Source of the DNA: Mobula hypostoma
Taxonomy: Eukaryota
Reading direction: 5' to 3'
Length of the DNA: 64,000 nucleotides
Assembly (NCBI RefSeq): GCF_963921235.1
Contig: NC_086108.1
Span: forward strand, 97,900,001-97,964,000
The translations under genes and the position numbers were made by a program. This document shows positions 34,506 to 47,643 of this stretch, in pieces; the first letter of the stretch is position 1, and each line of letters starts with the position of its first letter. The notes beneath the pieces are model-generated. The model was not told the origin of the DNA, ran no database searches, and saw only the letters and a list, made by a program, of their open reading frames with translations.

Positions 34506-37050
34506 CATCTTCGACAATTTATTCTGCTCCATAGATACTGCCTGACTTGCTGAATTCCCACAGAATGTTGTGTTTATTCCTGACAGAATGACACATTGTC
34601 AGGTAGATGCCAGTGTTCAGTAGTTGTGGAATACCTTGACTGGAGATGCAGCTAGTTCGGGAATGGAAGTTCTCAGCAATACAACTGAGATGTTGCCTGG
34701 TCCCATCAAGTTTAGATCGGCAAATGGACTGCAATGTAGACAAATGGGAGCTCACCTACTTCAGAATCAGAATCAGATTTATTATCACCAGCGTTGGAAT
34801 TGGAATTGGTCTATCATTGTCACATCAGAATCAGGTTTAATATTACCAACGTATGTCATGAAATTCATTGTTTTGCAGCAGCACTTTAGAGTAATACATA
34901 ATAAAAAACTATAAATTACAATAAGAAATATATGTATATATGTATACAAATTACATTAAATTAGGAGTGGAAAAAGAGAGCAAACCAACGAAAAAAATAG
35001 TGAGGTAGTGAGGTTGATTGTCCATTCAGAAATATGAGAGCGATGGGGAAGAAGCAGTCCCTAATACATTGAGTGCCTCCTCTTTGATGATCGCACTGAG
35101 AAGATGGCATGTCCTGGGTGAAGGGGATTCCTACTGATGGATACCGCCTTTTCTGAGTCGTCACATTTGAAGATGTCCTCGGCGCTGGGAAGGCTAGTGA
35201 GGTACAGTGAAAAGCTTGTCTTGCATACAGTTCATGTAGATCAGATCATTACACAGTGCACTGAGGTAGAACAAGGTATGAAATTAAATTTGCTGCTTTG
35301 GGGCAGCAGTATCCAATACAAAGACATAACATTTCCAATAAATTACAAACTAGATAAATAGTGCAAAAAAAAAGTATAATGAAGTAGAATTTAAAAGAAT
35401 AGAACAGGATCCATTCTAAGTGGGAAAAAGATAGAACATGATGAAGTAAAAAAAATGTATAGTGAGCACATCTACAAGAAACTCCGCCTCATGAAAGCAT
35501 CAAAAAGCCCACCATCCAGGTCATGCCTACTTCTCATTACTATGCTGGGCAGGAGGTACAGAAACATTATTTTCCACACCACCAGGCTCAGGGACAGTTA
35601 CAGTCATCAGGCTCCCAATCAGGATAACTTCACCCACCACAACTCCAAACTGACTCTAAGACTTACAGGCTCACTTTCAAACACTGTACACCTCATGTTC
35701 TCAGAATATTTTTCATTTGCACAGTTTCTCTTCATTTGCACATTGTTTATGTATGGTTTTTCATAGATTCTGCTATGTTCCTTTCTTCCCTGTAAATGCC
35801 TGCAAGAAAATGAATCTCAAGTTAGTATATAATAACATATTGTATGTGCTTTGATAATAAATTGTCTTTGAACCTTGAACTAAAATGTTGTAGTCAAGTA
35901 CAGACAATAACCAGGAAGGCCAGTGGGATGCTGCTCGTTACAGCTACAGGACAAGAATAAAAGAGAGTAGAACCCTGGTTCAATCTTCCTCTGGAGAACT
36001 ATGAGCCACTGTGCAACGTATTTTAGGAAAGATAAATTAGCCTTGAAAGGAAAGTAGCATACATTTACAGGAGGATATCTGAAATCCAAGGTTAAAGTAG
36101 GCAGGGAGATTGCACAAACTGAGTTTTTATTCAAGAATCAAGATTGATTATTGTCATTCTTTAGTACACATGTGTAAAGGAGAACGAAATGATTGTTACT
36201 CTGGATCCGTTGCAGCCTAAAAAAACACAGTAAGCCTGAAGAACACATTAGAGCACAATTAATATAAATATAAATACAATCCTATGAAACACAATGTAAA
36301 AGTAGGTTGACTGCATACATATAAAGTGACGCAAGGTGATGTGCATGTAGTGGTGGTGGAGTGGGTGAATAGGTGGATGTGTTGATCAGCCTGACAGCTT
36401 GGGGGTTGTAACAAGATGTTGAGTAGCCTCTCCCCTGATGGGAATGGGATAAACCGTCCAGGAGCAGGGTAAGTGGGATCCTCCATGATATTGTTGATCC
36501 CTTCCAGCACCTTTCTGCAATGAGCTGGAATTTTGTAACTTAAGGGGCAATTGTGTCAATTTGTGCAGGACATTAATGGGGATTGACAAAGTAGATAGAA
36601 AGAATCTACTTACACTGGGTGGGGACATGGACTAAAGATTAGATCCAAACCTTTCAAGAATAGAGATGGGGAAACACATTCAGATAAAATGTGCTAAAAT
36701 CTTGACATTGTTACTGTCTATGGTAACTGATGCCAGTTCAATTGTTCATTTTATTTTTGTGATTGGGAGATCCTGCGTTAGATCAGATCAGATCTTCACT
36801 GATTAGTGGAAAAAAGCCTTGAAGCCTAAATCTTCTACCCATGTCCTTATGTTCCCAATAGCAAAGGGATTTAATGAGACCTATTGTGTACACTTTTGTC
36901 TCCATATCTCAAGAAGGTAGGACAACAAAAAATTTTTGACATTGATTCTGGGAAAGAGAGGCTTTCCCTGTGAGGAACGACTAAGTACAATGGGCCTATA
37001 AGGTCGAGAGCTGGGAAGAAGGAGAGCTGACCTTCGGAAAGGTCACAAGG

Positions 37051-37222
37051 ATGGACATTGGGAGATTAGTTCCTCTTTTTGGATCGCCTAGAATGCATGG
37101 CTTCAAAATAAGAGCACCATTTAATACTGAGAAGACATGGACATTGGGAGATTAGTTCCTCTATTTGGAGAGCCTAGAATGCATGGTTTCAAAATAAGGG
37201 AATCACTTAATACTGAAAAGAC
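37051..37222. repeat. 86-bp tandem duplication inside a degenerate CR1 fragment
   Basis: ATGGACATTGGGAGATTAGTTCCTCT.. units at 37051-37136 and 37137-37222. Confidence 0.9.
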
Positions 37223-38109
37223 AGTATATTTCTTAATTTAAAGAGTCGTTTCACAATTTTCACAACATACTCAATAAACCTGGGCAGCTTACAAAACTCT
37301 TTGCACGCTGGGTGTTTGACAGTATTCTTTTGTTTTTAATGGGTTCTATTGGAGTTCTTTGTTTCGTAGCTGCCTGTAAGGAGATGAATTTCGAGGTTGT
37401 ATATACATACTTCGATAATAGAATGTACTTTGAACTAGTGGATATACATCTTCTGAACTGTTATTGCTGTCACTGCAGCCTGTAATTTCTCTTTAAGAAA
37501 TGCACTTTTGAACAATCTAACTTCTTTTGCACATTGGTTGTTTGTCAGTCTTTACACTTTTTCACGAATTCTATTGTATTTCTTTATTTTCCTGTAAATG
37601 CCTGCAAGGAAATTAATCTCAAGGTAGTATATGGCGACATGTAAGTACTTTGATAATAAATTTACTTTGACTTTGACTTTGATTCTGAATCCGAGAACTG
37701 AGGCAGCTCAGTCCTTGAGAACGCTCTAGGCTCATACTGGTAGGTTTTTAATATCCAAGGGATATTAGGGATATGGAAATCAAATGGGAAAGTGGGGTAG
37801 AGAAAGATCACGAATGCTTTGTCAAAGACTAGAGAAGGCTCAAGGAACTTGTTACCTTTCCCTTTTCCCATCTTGTATCATCTGTTAGGGTACAATGTTC
37901 ACAACGTTTGCTGTCAGGCACGTCAAGTCTGTTTGAGATTCCCTAATCATTTCAGCTGCTCAAACCCTGACTGTGAAGCACCGGACAGGGAAGACAAATC
38001 ATAGAATATGGAACATAAAACAGCACAACACAGGAACAGGCCCTTCAGCCCCAAAGGTTGTAAAGAGTTAATTAAGCTAATGGCACCTAGTTACCCTGAT
38101 CCTTAACGG

Positions 38110-39150
38110 AAGAGATTCTGTGGATGCTGGAAATCCAAAGCAATACGTACACAAAATCCCAGAGAAACGCAGTTGGTCAGGTGGCATCTATGAAGTGGAA
38201 TAAAGAGTCAACATTAAGGGCCAGCCTTCAGGAGGACCGCAACCTTGTCGTAGAGTTTAGAAGCTTGGGTGCCTTAGTGACTTAGAGAGCTATGTTGGCT
38301 GGAGACAGGGCTTTATACTTTGGCTGTTGGTAGGGTCACTCATACCAAGCAGGTCAAAGAGTGGAGGCCAGATTAAGAATGGTCCTCTGGTTCTCCAGGT
38401 TTGGAGGCCAACACACCTGACTGGTAAAACAAAATTGTTAAGGAAACAGCAATAAAGAATCTTTCTACATCTGAGTGCAATGGTATTACTGAGTCTCCAC
38501 CTGGGACTTGCAAGACTAATGGTAGTGAAAACCGAGAGGAAGCTACTGTCATGACAAAGGAAGCCCTGAACACCACCAGGGATGGTGGACCTTCATGGCT
38601 GCCCTAAATGGCAGTGGAGTAATGGACAGGGACAGGAAAGTTTTGGGCTGAGACGCTTTATCGGGACTGAAACTGAAAGAGGAAGAAACCAAATAAGAAG
38701 GTAGGGGAATGGGAAGGGTTACAAGTTAGAAGGTGATAGTTGAAGTCTGGTGAGCGGGAAGGTAGGTGGGTAGGGGAGGAGGATTAAGTGGGATGTTGAG
38801 AGGTGATAGATGGAAAAGGTAAAGAGCTGAAGAAAAAAATCTGATATAAGAAGATGGTGGACTATGGGAGAAAGGGGGATGGGTACCCGAGGGAGGTGAT
38901 AGGCAGCTGAGGAGAAGAAAAAGGGTATGAGGGAGCCAGAATGGGAAATGGAAAAATAAAGGCAGGAGAGGGGGCAGAAATTTCTGGAAGTTAAAGAAAT
39001 CGATGGTCAGGTTGGAGGCGACCCAGCTGGAATATGAGGTGTTGCTCATCCAACCTGAGAGTAGTCTCATCATGGCAGTAGAGGAGGCCATGGACCAACA
39101 TGTTGGAATGGGAATGGGGGCTGGAATTAAAATGGGAAATCCTGCTTGTT
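38110..39150 (-). mobile_element. Penelope 3' fragment split by an RTE-derived insertion
   Basis: ORF 38991-39215 HSHSNMLVHGLLYCHDETTLRLDEQHLIFQLGRLQPD; terminus at 38110-38215 resumes at 38641. Confidence 0.8.
38230..38632 (+). mobile_element. Bipartite RTE-derived non-autonomous element (5'UTR joined to 3' end)
   Basis: CAACCTTGTCGT..GAGAGCTATGTTGG..GGTAGGGTCACTCAT..CAGGTC resembles RTE/Expander 5'UTRs; CTTCATGGCTGCCCTAAATG resembles an RTE 3' end. Confidence 0.6.
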
Positions 39151-39589
39151 GCCAATGGAACAAATGTTACGTTGATCCTTTCTGCCTGCACATGGTCCAT
39201 TCTCTGCATATTCACATGCCCTTCAATGCCTCGATCAAATCAGGCTTCATTACCACCTCTGACAGAGCCCTCCAGGCACCCAGCAGTCTGCGTGTAAAAT
39301 ACTTACCCCACACATCTCCTTTGAACTTTCTCCCTCTCAAACCTTGGGAAAATGGTCCTGAATGTCTACTATAGAGACTGGCGACCTGTTGAAGGCTGCT
39401 ATCAGCAAGCCTACTTATTACATCTAATATCAATATACTCTTCACTACCTTGTAATGGCCTTGCACCTCATTGCCTGCCTGCACTGGACTCTTTCTGCAG
39501 CTGTAACACTTTATTCTGTATTGTGTTATCAGTTTCCCTTGTACTACCTTATTGATGTAATAAATTGACCTTTATGAAAAATCTGTAAA

Positions 39590-39872
39590 ACACGATGGCG
39601 TAGTGGTTAGCACGATGCTTTACTGTATGGGAAAACTAGGTTCAATTCCCGCCATTGCCTGTAAGGAGACTTTACGTTCTCCCCATGACTGAGTGAGTTT
39701 CCTCCTGATTATTCAGTTTCCTCCCACAATCTGAAGACATACTGGTTGGTTGATTTATTGGTCATTGTAAATCGTCCCGTGATTAAGCTAGGATTAAATT
39801 GTGGGATTACTGGGTGGCGGTGCACAAAGGGCTGGAAGGGTCATTTCCACGCTGTATGTTAATAAAATAAAA
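39590..39872 (+). mobile_element. V-SINE
   Basis: TGGCGTAGTGG A box, GGTTCAATTCC B box, CGTTCTCCCCATGACT..TTTCCTCCCACA core, A-rich tail. Confidence 0.75.
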
Positions 39873-40009
39873 CAAGGATTTTCCCTCTGTAGCTCGGTAC
39901 ACGTGACAATAATAAACCAATTTGCCAATTGACTTCTGTCAAGCCTCTGTTCAGCCTTCAACAGTTCAGAGAAAAGAATCCTAGTTTGTCCAGCACACTT
40001 GAATGTCCA

Positions 40010-41205
40010 AGAGTTTTTGAATACTGAAAGGCATGGATGGAGTGGACACTGTGAAGGTGTTTTCGTCAGTAACAGAGTTCAGGATCCAAGGGCCCAGCCT
40101 GAAAATAAAGGCTACTCCATCTATGGTTAAGATGAGGAGGAATTTCTTCAGCCAGAGGGTGGTGAGTCTGTAGAATTTGTTGCCATGGAGGGCTATGGAG
40201 GCCAAGTCATTGGGTGTATTTAAAGCAGAGATTCATATGTTTTAGTTTGGTAAGGGGTTAAAGGTTATGGGGAGAAGGTGGGAGAATTGGGGTGGAGAAA
40301 AAGCATCAGTCATAATTGAATGGCAGAGCAGAATCGAGGGGCTGAATGACTTAATTCTGCTCTTAGGATTTAAATTCTTATGGTTCAATATTGTGCAGGA
40401 TAGTTGGTAACCTAACATGGAATGCCAATCCTACCCACTCTGGATATGAACACACACCTTGAGCACAAAACAATTTCTCAACGTGCAGAGTGACTTGGGA
40501 GTCCTTGTGCAGAACACCCTGAAGGTTAACTTGCAGGTGGCGAGGAAGGCAAATGCCATGATAGCATTCATTTCAAGAGATCTGATATAGAAGAGCAAGG
40601 ATGTGATGCTGAGGCTTTATAAGGCACTGGTGAGGCCTCATCTTGAGTATTGTCAACAGTTTTGGGCCCCTCATCTTAGAAAAGATGTGCTGGCATTGGA
40701 GAGGGTCCAGAGGAGGTTCACAAGGATGATTCCAGGAATGAAAGGGTTATCATACGAGGAACGTTTGGTAGCTCTGGGTCTGTACCCGCTGGAATTCAGA
40801 AGGATGAGGGGGGATCTCAGTGAAACCTTTCGAATGTTGAAAGGCCTAGACAGAGTAGATGTGGAAAGGATGTTTCCCATGGTGGGAGAGTCTTGGACAA
40901 GAGGGCACAGCCTCAGGATAGAGGGCGCCCTTTCAAAACAGAAATGTAGAGAAATTTCTTTAGCCAAAGGGTGGTGAATTTGTGGGATTTGTTGCCACAT
41001 GCAACTGTGGAGGCCAGGTCATTGGGTGTACTTAAGGCAGAGATTGATAGGTTCTTGATTGGACATGACATCAAAGGTTACGGGGAGAAGGCCGGGAACT
41101 GGGATTGAGGAGGAGATAGAAAAAGGGATCAGCCATGATTGAATGGCAGAGCAGACTCGATGGGCCAGATGGGCTAATTCTGCTCCTATGTCTTATGGTC
41201 CATGG
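40010..41205 (+). mobile_element. Two CR1 3' fragments (about 40010-40385 and 40480-41205)
   Basis: ORF 40603-40977 LYKALVRPHLEYCQQFWAPHLRKD..TRGHSL; both fragments carry CR1 3'UTRs. Confidence 0.9.
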
Positions 41206-41799
41206 TTTTATGGGTGTCCATTACATATAAAAGGAAAATACTGGTCTACAAATATGCTCTCAATAATTACACTGACTTCCAGTTATCTGAAGTGTGGTAA
41301 TTCAACTGAATTCTCAACTTGACCAACAGACCACTCTGAAAGTGGGCAGGGAATACCGAGCAAACGAAAACCCAGTCTAATCCGATATAAAATGTAGACC
41401 TTATAGGCTTTTCTTGTTAACGAAATGCCCTAATTACAAGATCTTTTTATTCTTCAAATAAAGAAGTGCCTTTCTTCTACGCTTCTTGGCTCTGCATGAT
41501 TTTCTTTTCCAACAGCTATAATGTAGATCGCTAAGAAAAACACAGCAGCACTGAGAAACTGTTCACTTTCATGCCTAATCTTAAACCATTGAGAACTTTC
41601 CTTATGTCTGTGAAAACGGCTGCCAATGGAGCGTCCGGCGCAGCGGTAAACCCTGACTACATCAGCTTCTCCTTTCCTCTGATTATTTGGACTATTGCTC
41701 ATCTGACCCTGTAATGTTCAATTTTAGGAACAAAATGATTTGGCAAAACAAATACATAGTCAAAAAATGAAGAGAGATAAGAAATTATGGTCTTTAAGC

Positions 41800-42140
41800 A
41801 GGCTGGCGGTTTCACCTGTCATTATTCTGTTTAGCACTTAATGAGATCTTTTCTTTTCTTAGGCACATCTGATTTATTTTATGAGTCCCTTTGAACAGCT
41901 GGGAGCTACTGAGCTCCCTTTGATCATAGAAGTCTCCTGAATTTTAAATCAGAAATTGCTCTTTGCCCTTTCTTAATACCATTTTTAATACATTTGTTTA
42001 TCTCCCAGAATACGTTTAAATATATGTTTGGAGTCGGTTACACAGGAGGACGGACTCTCTCCTTAAATGTATTCATTAACACTGATAAATTAAACAAAGA
42101 GCAAAGAATCACCAAAAGAAGCCTTGTATCTTTTGATGGG
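41800..42140. promoter_or_regulatory. Candidate developmental enhancer (TCF/LEF, Pbx-Hox, Meis and Cdx/Hox-like motifs)
   Basis: CTGTCA 41816-41821; TGATTTAT 41870-41877; TTTTATGA 41877-41884; CCTTTGAA 41888-41895; CCTTTGATC 41917-41925; located in repeat-poor DNA. Confidence 0.35.
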
Positions 42141-43009
42141 AGCTTTCTAATTATGACCCTTGGCATGCTTGTACACATGGGACTTCTCCGAGGAGAATCT
42201 GATGAAAATTAGTGTATTCTCATTTCAAACAGAATTTTGCTGAACTGCTGATCAGAGCCACGGCATGAAGTCCAGAGAGACAACATACACTACTCAATTT
42301 ACGTGGCTGCCTTCCTCCCTTGGCAATTGTTGCAGGAACATGCAGTGACATGACTGTGGTCTGAACGTACTGAGGCTTTTACTCCCGGTTTAAAGATTTA
42401 AACCACAAGGCTTGCAATGGGGGGTGGGAGGCTCTTTTGATGTGTTCAGAGCCTGGGCCCAGCGATAGGGGGAAGGAGGGCAGAGCCAGAAGACAATCAC
42501 CCTCTCTGTGAGTCACAGTCTACCCTGGCAGAGGTGGGGGGGAGAAAATCACACACGTCTTAACACAGACACTCAACAAAGGAAAGATGAAAGGTTTAGG
42601 GTGAAGTCAGGGCAAGATCTGGCTGTGAGGAAGATCATACATGGGGAAAAAAAAGCAGTGGCTTCAACAGCAGAACCACTGACAACCTTACACCATTGTT
42701 TTAAATGCAGACTTTGTCCGCTAAAGCAAATCTGGCCAGGTAAATGGGCACTGACTTGTGATATTTCTCCTTTTCCTTTGTATTGAATCAGTTTAATTAG
42801 TCAGTATGTATTTCAGTTTTATTTATAATTTTGTTTCTTATTCACTTAATTCAATTAAAGATAAACAACCAGTACAGGCATTTCGTCCCACGATGCTGTG
42901 CTGACATTTTAACCTACGTCAAGATTAGTCTAACCCTTCCCTCCGACATAATCCTCCATTTTTTTTATCATTTATGTGCCTATCTAAGAATTTCTTAAAT
43001 GCCCCTCTT

Positions 43010-43315
43010 GGGGTGACACAGTAGCATTTGGGGCAGCACAATAGCGCAGTGCTTAGCACAATGCTGTACAGTACCAGCAATCCAGGTTCAATTCCCGTTG
43101 CTGCCTATAAGCACTTTGTACGGTCTCCCCGTGACCGCACCAGTTTCCTCCGGGTGCTCCAGTTTCCTCCCACAGTCCAAAGGTGTGCCAGTTGGCAGGT
43201 TAATTGGGATTGTGAGGAGTCCTGTAATTAGGCGAGGATTAAATCAAGGAATTGCTGGGAGGCGTGGCTCGAAGGGCCGGCAGGGTCTATTCTGCACAGT
43301 AAATCAATATTAAAT
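43010..43315 (+). mobile_element. V-SINE
   Basis: GGTTCAATTCC B box; CTCCGGGTGCTCCAGTTTCCTCCCACAGTCCAAAG core. Confidence 0.75.
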
Positions 43316-44686
43316 CTGCCTCTACCACCATCCCTGGCAGGACGTTCCACGCACCCACCACTCTCTGTGTAAAGAACTTACCTCGGACAGAGGTAAGATC
43401 AGTCTATACCTTGATCACCGTGCATTGAAAAACCACTACTTGGCAAATCAAACGACAGCACTGGGTGCATTTCCTTTATATCCGCCTTCTGGACTAACAA
43501 GGTACAGCACATTTCTCCTCTCGTAAAATCAATAAGCCATATTATACCGAGCAGTTACCCATTATTGAATTAAATTCATGCGCCAACATCAACAATAAGC
43601 AAAACTAAACCAACACGGGATCCATTTGGCTGTATTTGATTTTGTCCGTCGGTGAAAGGGGATGCAGGCTTTGCTTAATCTAATGCAAACTGTGGCTTCT
43701 TCTGGCCATGCTTATAACTGACCCTCAGGGCAAGTCTATCAGCTTCCTATTAGAGATCACAAGAGGGACATATCAAAGTCACCACCCATCTGAATAACTT
43801 GAGTGACTGGCTGGGAACTCTGCGGTGTTTTCCATATTGTCTTTTTTTTCACTAGGATATCAGAAAAGAATCAGTTTCTGAGCCTTGACCTGTTAGAGCA
43901 GTGTTCCAGCTTGATCTTGATATGGTGTGGGCTGAATCTGCAGCCTAATGTAAACTTCACAACTCTAAATAGCTCCCTCTGTTTGAACTCTTCTGTTACA
44001 AGATGAGCCTACTGAATTATCCTTTCATGTTACGCGAGTGATACGTTCTTTTGAAAATAGGCTGCTGAATATCATTAAATGAATTACAATTCAATTACCA
44101 CGCCGAGGAATATGCTTAATCTATTTAGTCACAGAACATAAAGCGTCAGTGTCTGAGGATGCAGCTGACCATCAAAGTCAGGTGAAGCACACACCGAGTG
44201 CTGGAGGAACTCAGCAGGTCAGGCAGCGTCTATGGAGGGGAATAAACTGTTGATGTTTCAGGCTGAGATCCTTCATCAGAACTGAAAACGAAGAATGAAG
44301 AAGACAGAATAAAAGGTGGTGGGGGGGGGGAGGGATGGGAAGGGTCACCTGCCATCAAGGGTGTATATACAGAAAAATCCTGGATAAAAAAAAAACAGTA
44401 ATATCATGAAGGATCCCACACATCCTGCTCATGGACTGCTTGTCCCACTCCCATCAGGGAAGAGGCTACACAACATCCACACCAAGGCCACCATACTCAG
44501 AAACAGTTACTTACCCCACCACAAGTTGTCGGGTTGATCAATGCCTCCACCCATTTATCATGCCACCCCTCCCCCCAACCACTACAATATTGATTTCTGT
44601 CAGAGTCACCTTATAAATCAATACTCCTGTACCTAACATCACCTCATATACATACAATCAGTCTACGCATATAAGATAATCTTATG

Positions 44687-45087
44687 TGTTGCAGGGGGCG
44701 ACTGAGGAGAACCCAAGTGCAGGACACCGGCACGTCGACTGAGCTGGGGATGCTGGCGTAGATGTGAACGTACAACAGCAAACCGGAGGAATCTTGACAA
44801 GGATTTGGGGTCTACAGGGACTATCTTGAAACTAGAGCAGAACTTGGAACTGAACTTAGAACTAACGGTTCTAAGCGGACGAGAGAACGAAGTATCACAC
44901 AAGAATAGACCAACAAACTGGTGACCTGTGATAGAGAAGCCATTGTACTTATTTCACAGTCTCTGATGCAAACCGGGTGTACCGTAATTAAGTAAACTAG
45001 CAGCAATTGGAAATCTAATGGCTGAAATTAGGGCATAATCAGGGAGAAAGGAGCGTTAAAGGGGAACAACCAAACGGAACCATGACA
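44687..45087 (-). mobile_element. Solo LTR, probably Gypsy-type, 401 bp
   Basis: TGT...ACA termini (minus strand TGTCATGG...GCAACA); CCTGCACTTGGGTTCT near the minus-strand 3' end; flanks CTTATG and TTTATG; interrupts a Rex1-type 3'UTR. Confidence 0.6.
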
Positions 45088-45234
45088 TTTATGTATTTAC
45101 TGTATATTCCTTGTGTTTTTATTATGTTCTTTTTGCGCATTGTGTTGCAGATCTGGAGTAACAATCATTTCGTTCTCCTTCACCCTCTTGTATTGAAGAA
45201 TGACAATAAACAATCTTGAATCTTGAGTCTTGAA

Positions 45235-45640
45235 GAAGCCAGAATAAGAAGATGGGAGGGAGGGGGAAAGAGTACAAGCTGGCAGGTGATAGGTGGAGCC
45301 AGGTGAGGCGGGATGAAGTGAGAAGCTGGGAGGTAATTGGTGGAAGAGGCAAAGAGCTGAAGAAGAAGGAATTCGATAGGAGAGTGGTCCATGGAAGAAA
45401 GGGAAAGAGGGAGGTGATGGGGAGGTGAGGAGAAGAGAAGGGGTAAGAGGGAAGCCAAAAAGAGGAATGAAAAAAAAGAGGGAAGGCGGAGGAGGAGGAA
45501 TTACTGGAAGTTAAAGAAATTGGTGGTCAGATTGAAGGCTACCCAGTCAGGATATGAGGTTTTGCTCCTTCACCCTGAGAGTGCCATTATTATGGCAGTA
45601 GGGGAGACCATGGATGAAATGTTAGAATGTGAATGGATGC
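45235..45640 (-). mobile_element. Penelope 3' fragment
   Basis: Collinear with 440-860 (purine-rich spacer and GIY-YIG tail). Confidence 0.75.
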
Positions 45641-47643
45641 CAGACAGAAAGGATCTGAAAATTTATGTGAAATTGCTGAAGTACAGGAGATCCACGACGT
45701 TCTGTATGAGTGCCCCGTTGGTGATATTTTATCACGCGCCAGTCTCCGGGAATTACAAGATTTAGTAGAAGTCTGGTGTACCAAACCTCATCCACTTGGG
45801 ACATCCCAACACTTCAATGCTGGAAGTGAAATGATCTTAGGCCCAAGACAGCTAGGAACCAACACGATTGTGTATAGGGCCACATGTACACATCCTTCCT
45901 TCCTGAAGGACTTTGGTGAAACCAGTTATATGATAAAGATGTTCTAGTGAAGGGTCTCGGTCCAAAAGGTCAACCCTTTATTCTTTTCCATAGATATTGC
46001 CTGAGTTCCTCCAACATTTTGTATGTGTTTCTCTGGATTTGCAGAATCTCTTGTGTGTAAAAGATTTAAGATTAGCTTTATTTGTCACATGTACATTGAA
46101 ACATGCAGTGAAATGCGTCAAATTCAATCAGCATGGATTGTGCTGGGGGCAGCCTGCAAGTATCATCATGCTTTCTCTCCAAAATGGCATGCCCACAGCT
46201 CAGTAACCCGAACAAATGAACATCCTAACACATACATCTCTGGAATGCAGGAGGAAAACCAGAGCACCCATGTGGTCACAGGGAGAGCGTACACACTCTG
46301 TACAGGCAGCGACAGGAATCGAACCCCGATCTTAGAGCTGGTGCTATAAAAGTTCCACACTAACCACTACCTCACCGTGCCTGATATTTAAAACAACATT
46401 GTCACTCAATGGACACCGTTACCGATATTAATGTTTGTCAGCAAATTTGCCCTCCAGATCACAGACTATCTCAAATTAGGAGTTAATTGCATATTCATCA
46501 TTGGATCTCGCTCAACACCAATAAAGCTAAAAAGCTGACCATTAACTTTAGGAAGAGGTAGAAGGGTGAACATGTACCAGTCTACATTGGAGAATCGGTG
46601 GCAGAAAGGGTCAGTAGCTTTAAATCGGTGGGTGTAATCATATTGGATGACCCATCGTGGGTCCAACATAGAAGTGCAATCACCAAACGCTCTACCAAAT
46701 GTCCAGAGATGTACTGATGAAAGTATCCGGAACGGTTGCATCAAAATTTGGTACATCAGTTAGAAAGCAGAGGAACGTAAGAAGCTGCATAGAGTAGTAG
46801 ATTCAGAACAGTACGTCACAGGCTCACCCCTCAACATCATTAGTAGTACCTATATGAGCTGCTGCCTCAGAAAGGCAACGTCTGTCATTAAAGATCGCTA
46901 GAATCTGGGTCATGCCATCTTCTCGCAGCTACCATCAGCCAGGAGTTACAGACGCCCAAAGTCCCAAACCTGCACGGTTCACGAAGGGCAAAATCCCTTC
47001 AACCAACTGGCACATCCCCAATCACTACGGTTTTGCAACACTGTGACAACCTTGGACACTTTGCACTAAACATTTTCGTTCTCATTGAACTTTTAACGGT
47101 TAAGCATGTTTTTGTTCTAATTGTGTTCTTTCTTGTAAAAGTTGGTATAATTTATGTTTTCTTTGGTGATTGTTGTTTATATGTTACTTTATATGCAAAG
47201 CGCAGAATCAAATATCGCTGTGATGATTGTACGCTCTAGTATCAATTGTTTGGTGACAATAAAGTATAAAGTACAAAGTATGCCTGTTATGCTGCTGAAA
47301 GTAAGATATCCATTGCTCCTGTGCATACGTGTACTTGTGCATGTGACAATAAACTTGACTTTGAATTTGACCAACAGCGCTCTGGCGGTTGAAGATGACA
47401 GTTCACAACTTTCCCAGGGCAATAAACGCCACTCTTCCCCTAATTTTATAAGTTAACCATTTAAAACATGTCTTCCAGACCTTAAACCTCTGTGATATCT
47501 TTGCTTTTTCAACTCCAGAATTTACAAATTTAGATGATCTAACCTGGATGACTGTGCCTGGGGTATAACCTCAGGAATTTCCTCCCTAAATTCTTCAACC
47601 TTCCGAGCCCACTTTCATCCTTCAAGCTGCTTCTTAACACGTA

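Noticed and set aside
41495..41540. Strong acceptor-like TTTTCTTTTCCAACAG
   Set aside because: Stops occur in all three frames within about 20 nt, so it is not a coding exon; a non-coding exon cannot be assessed.
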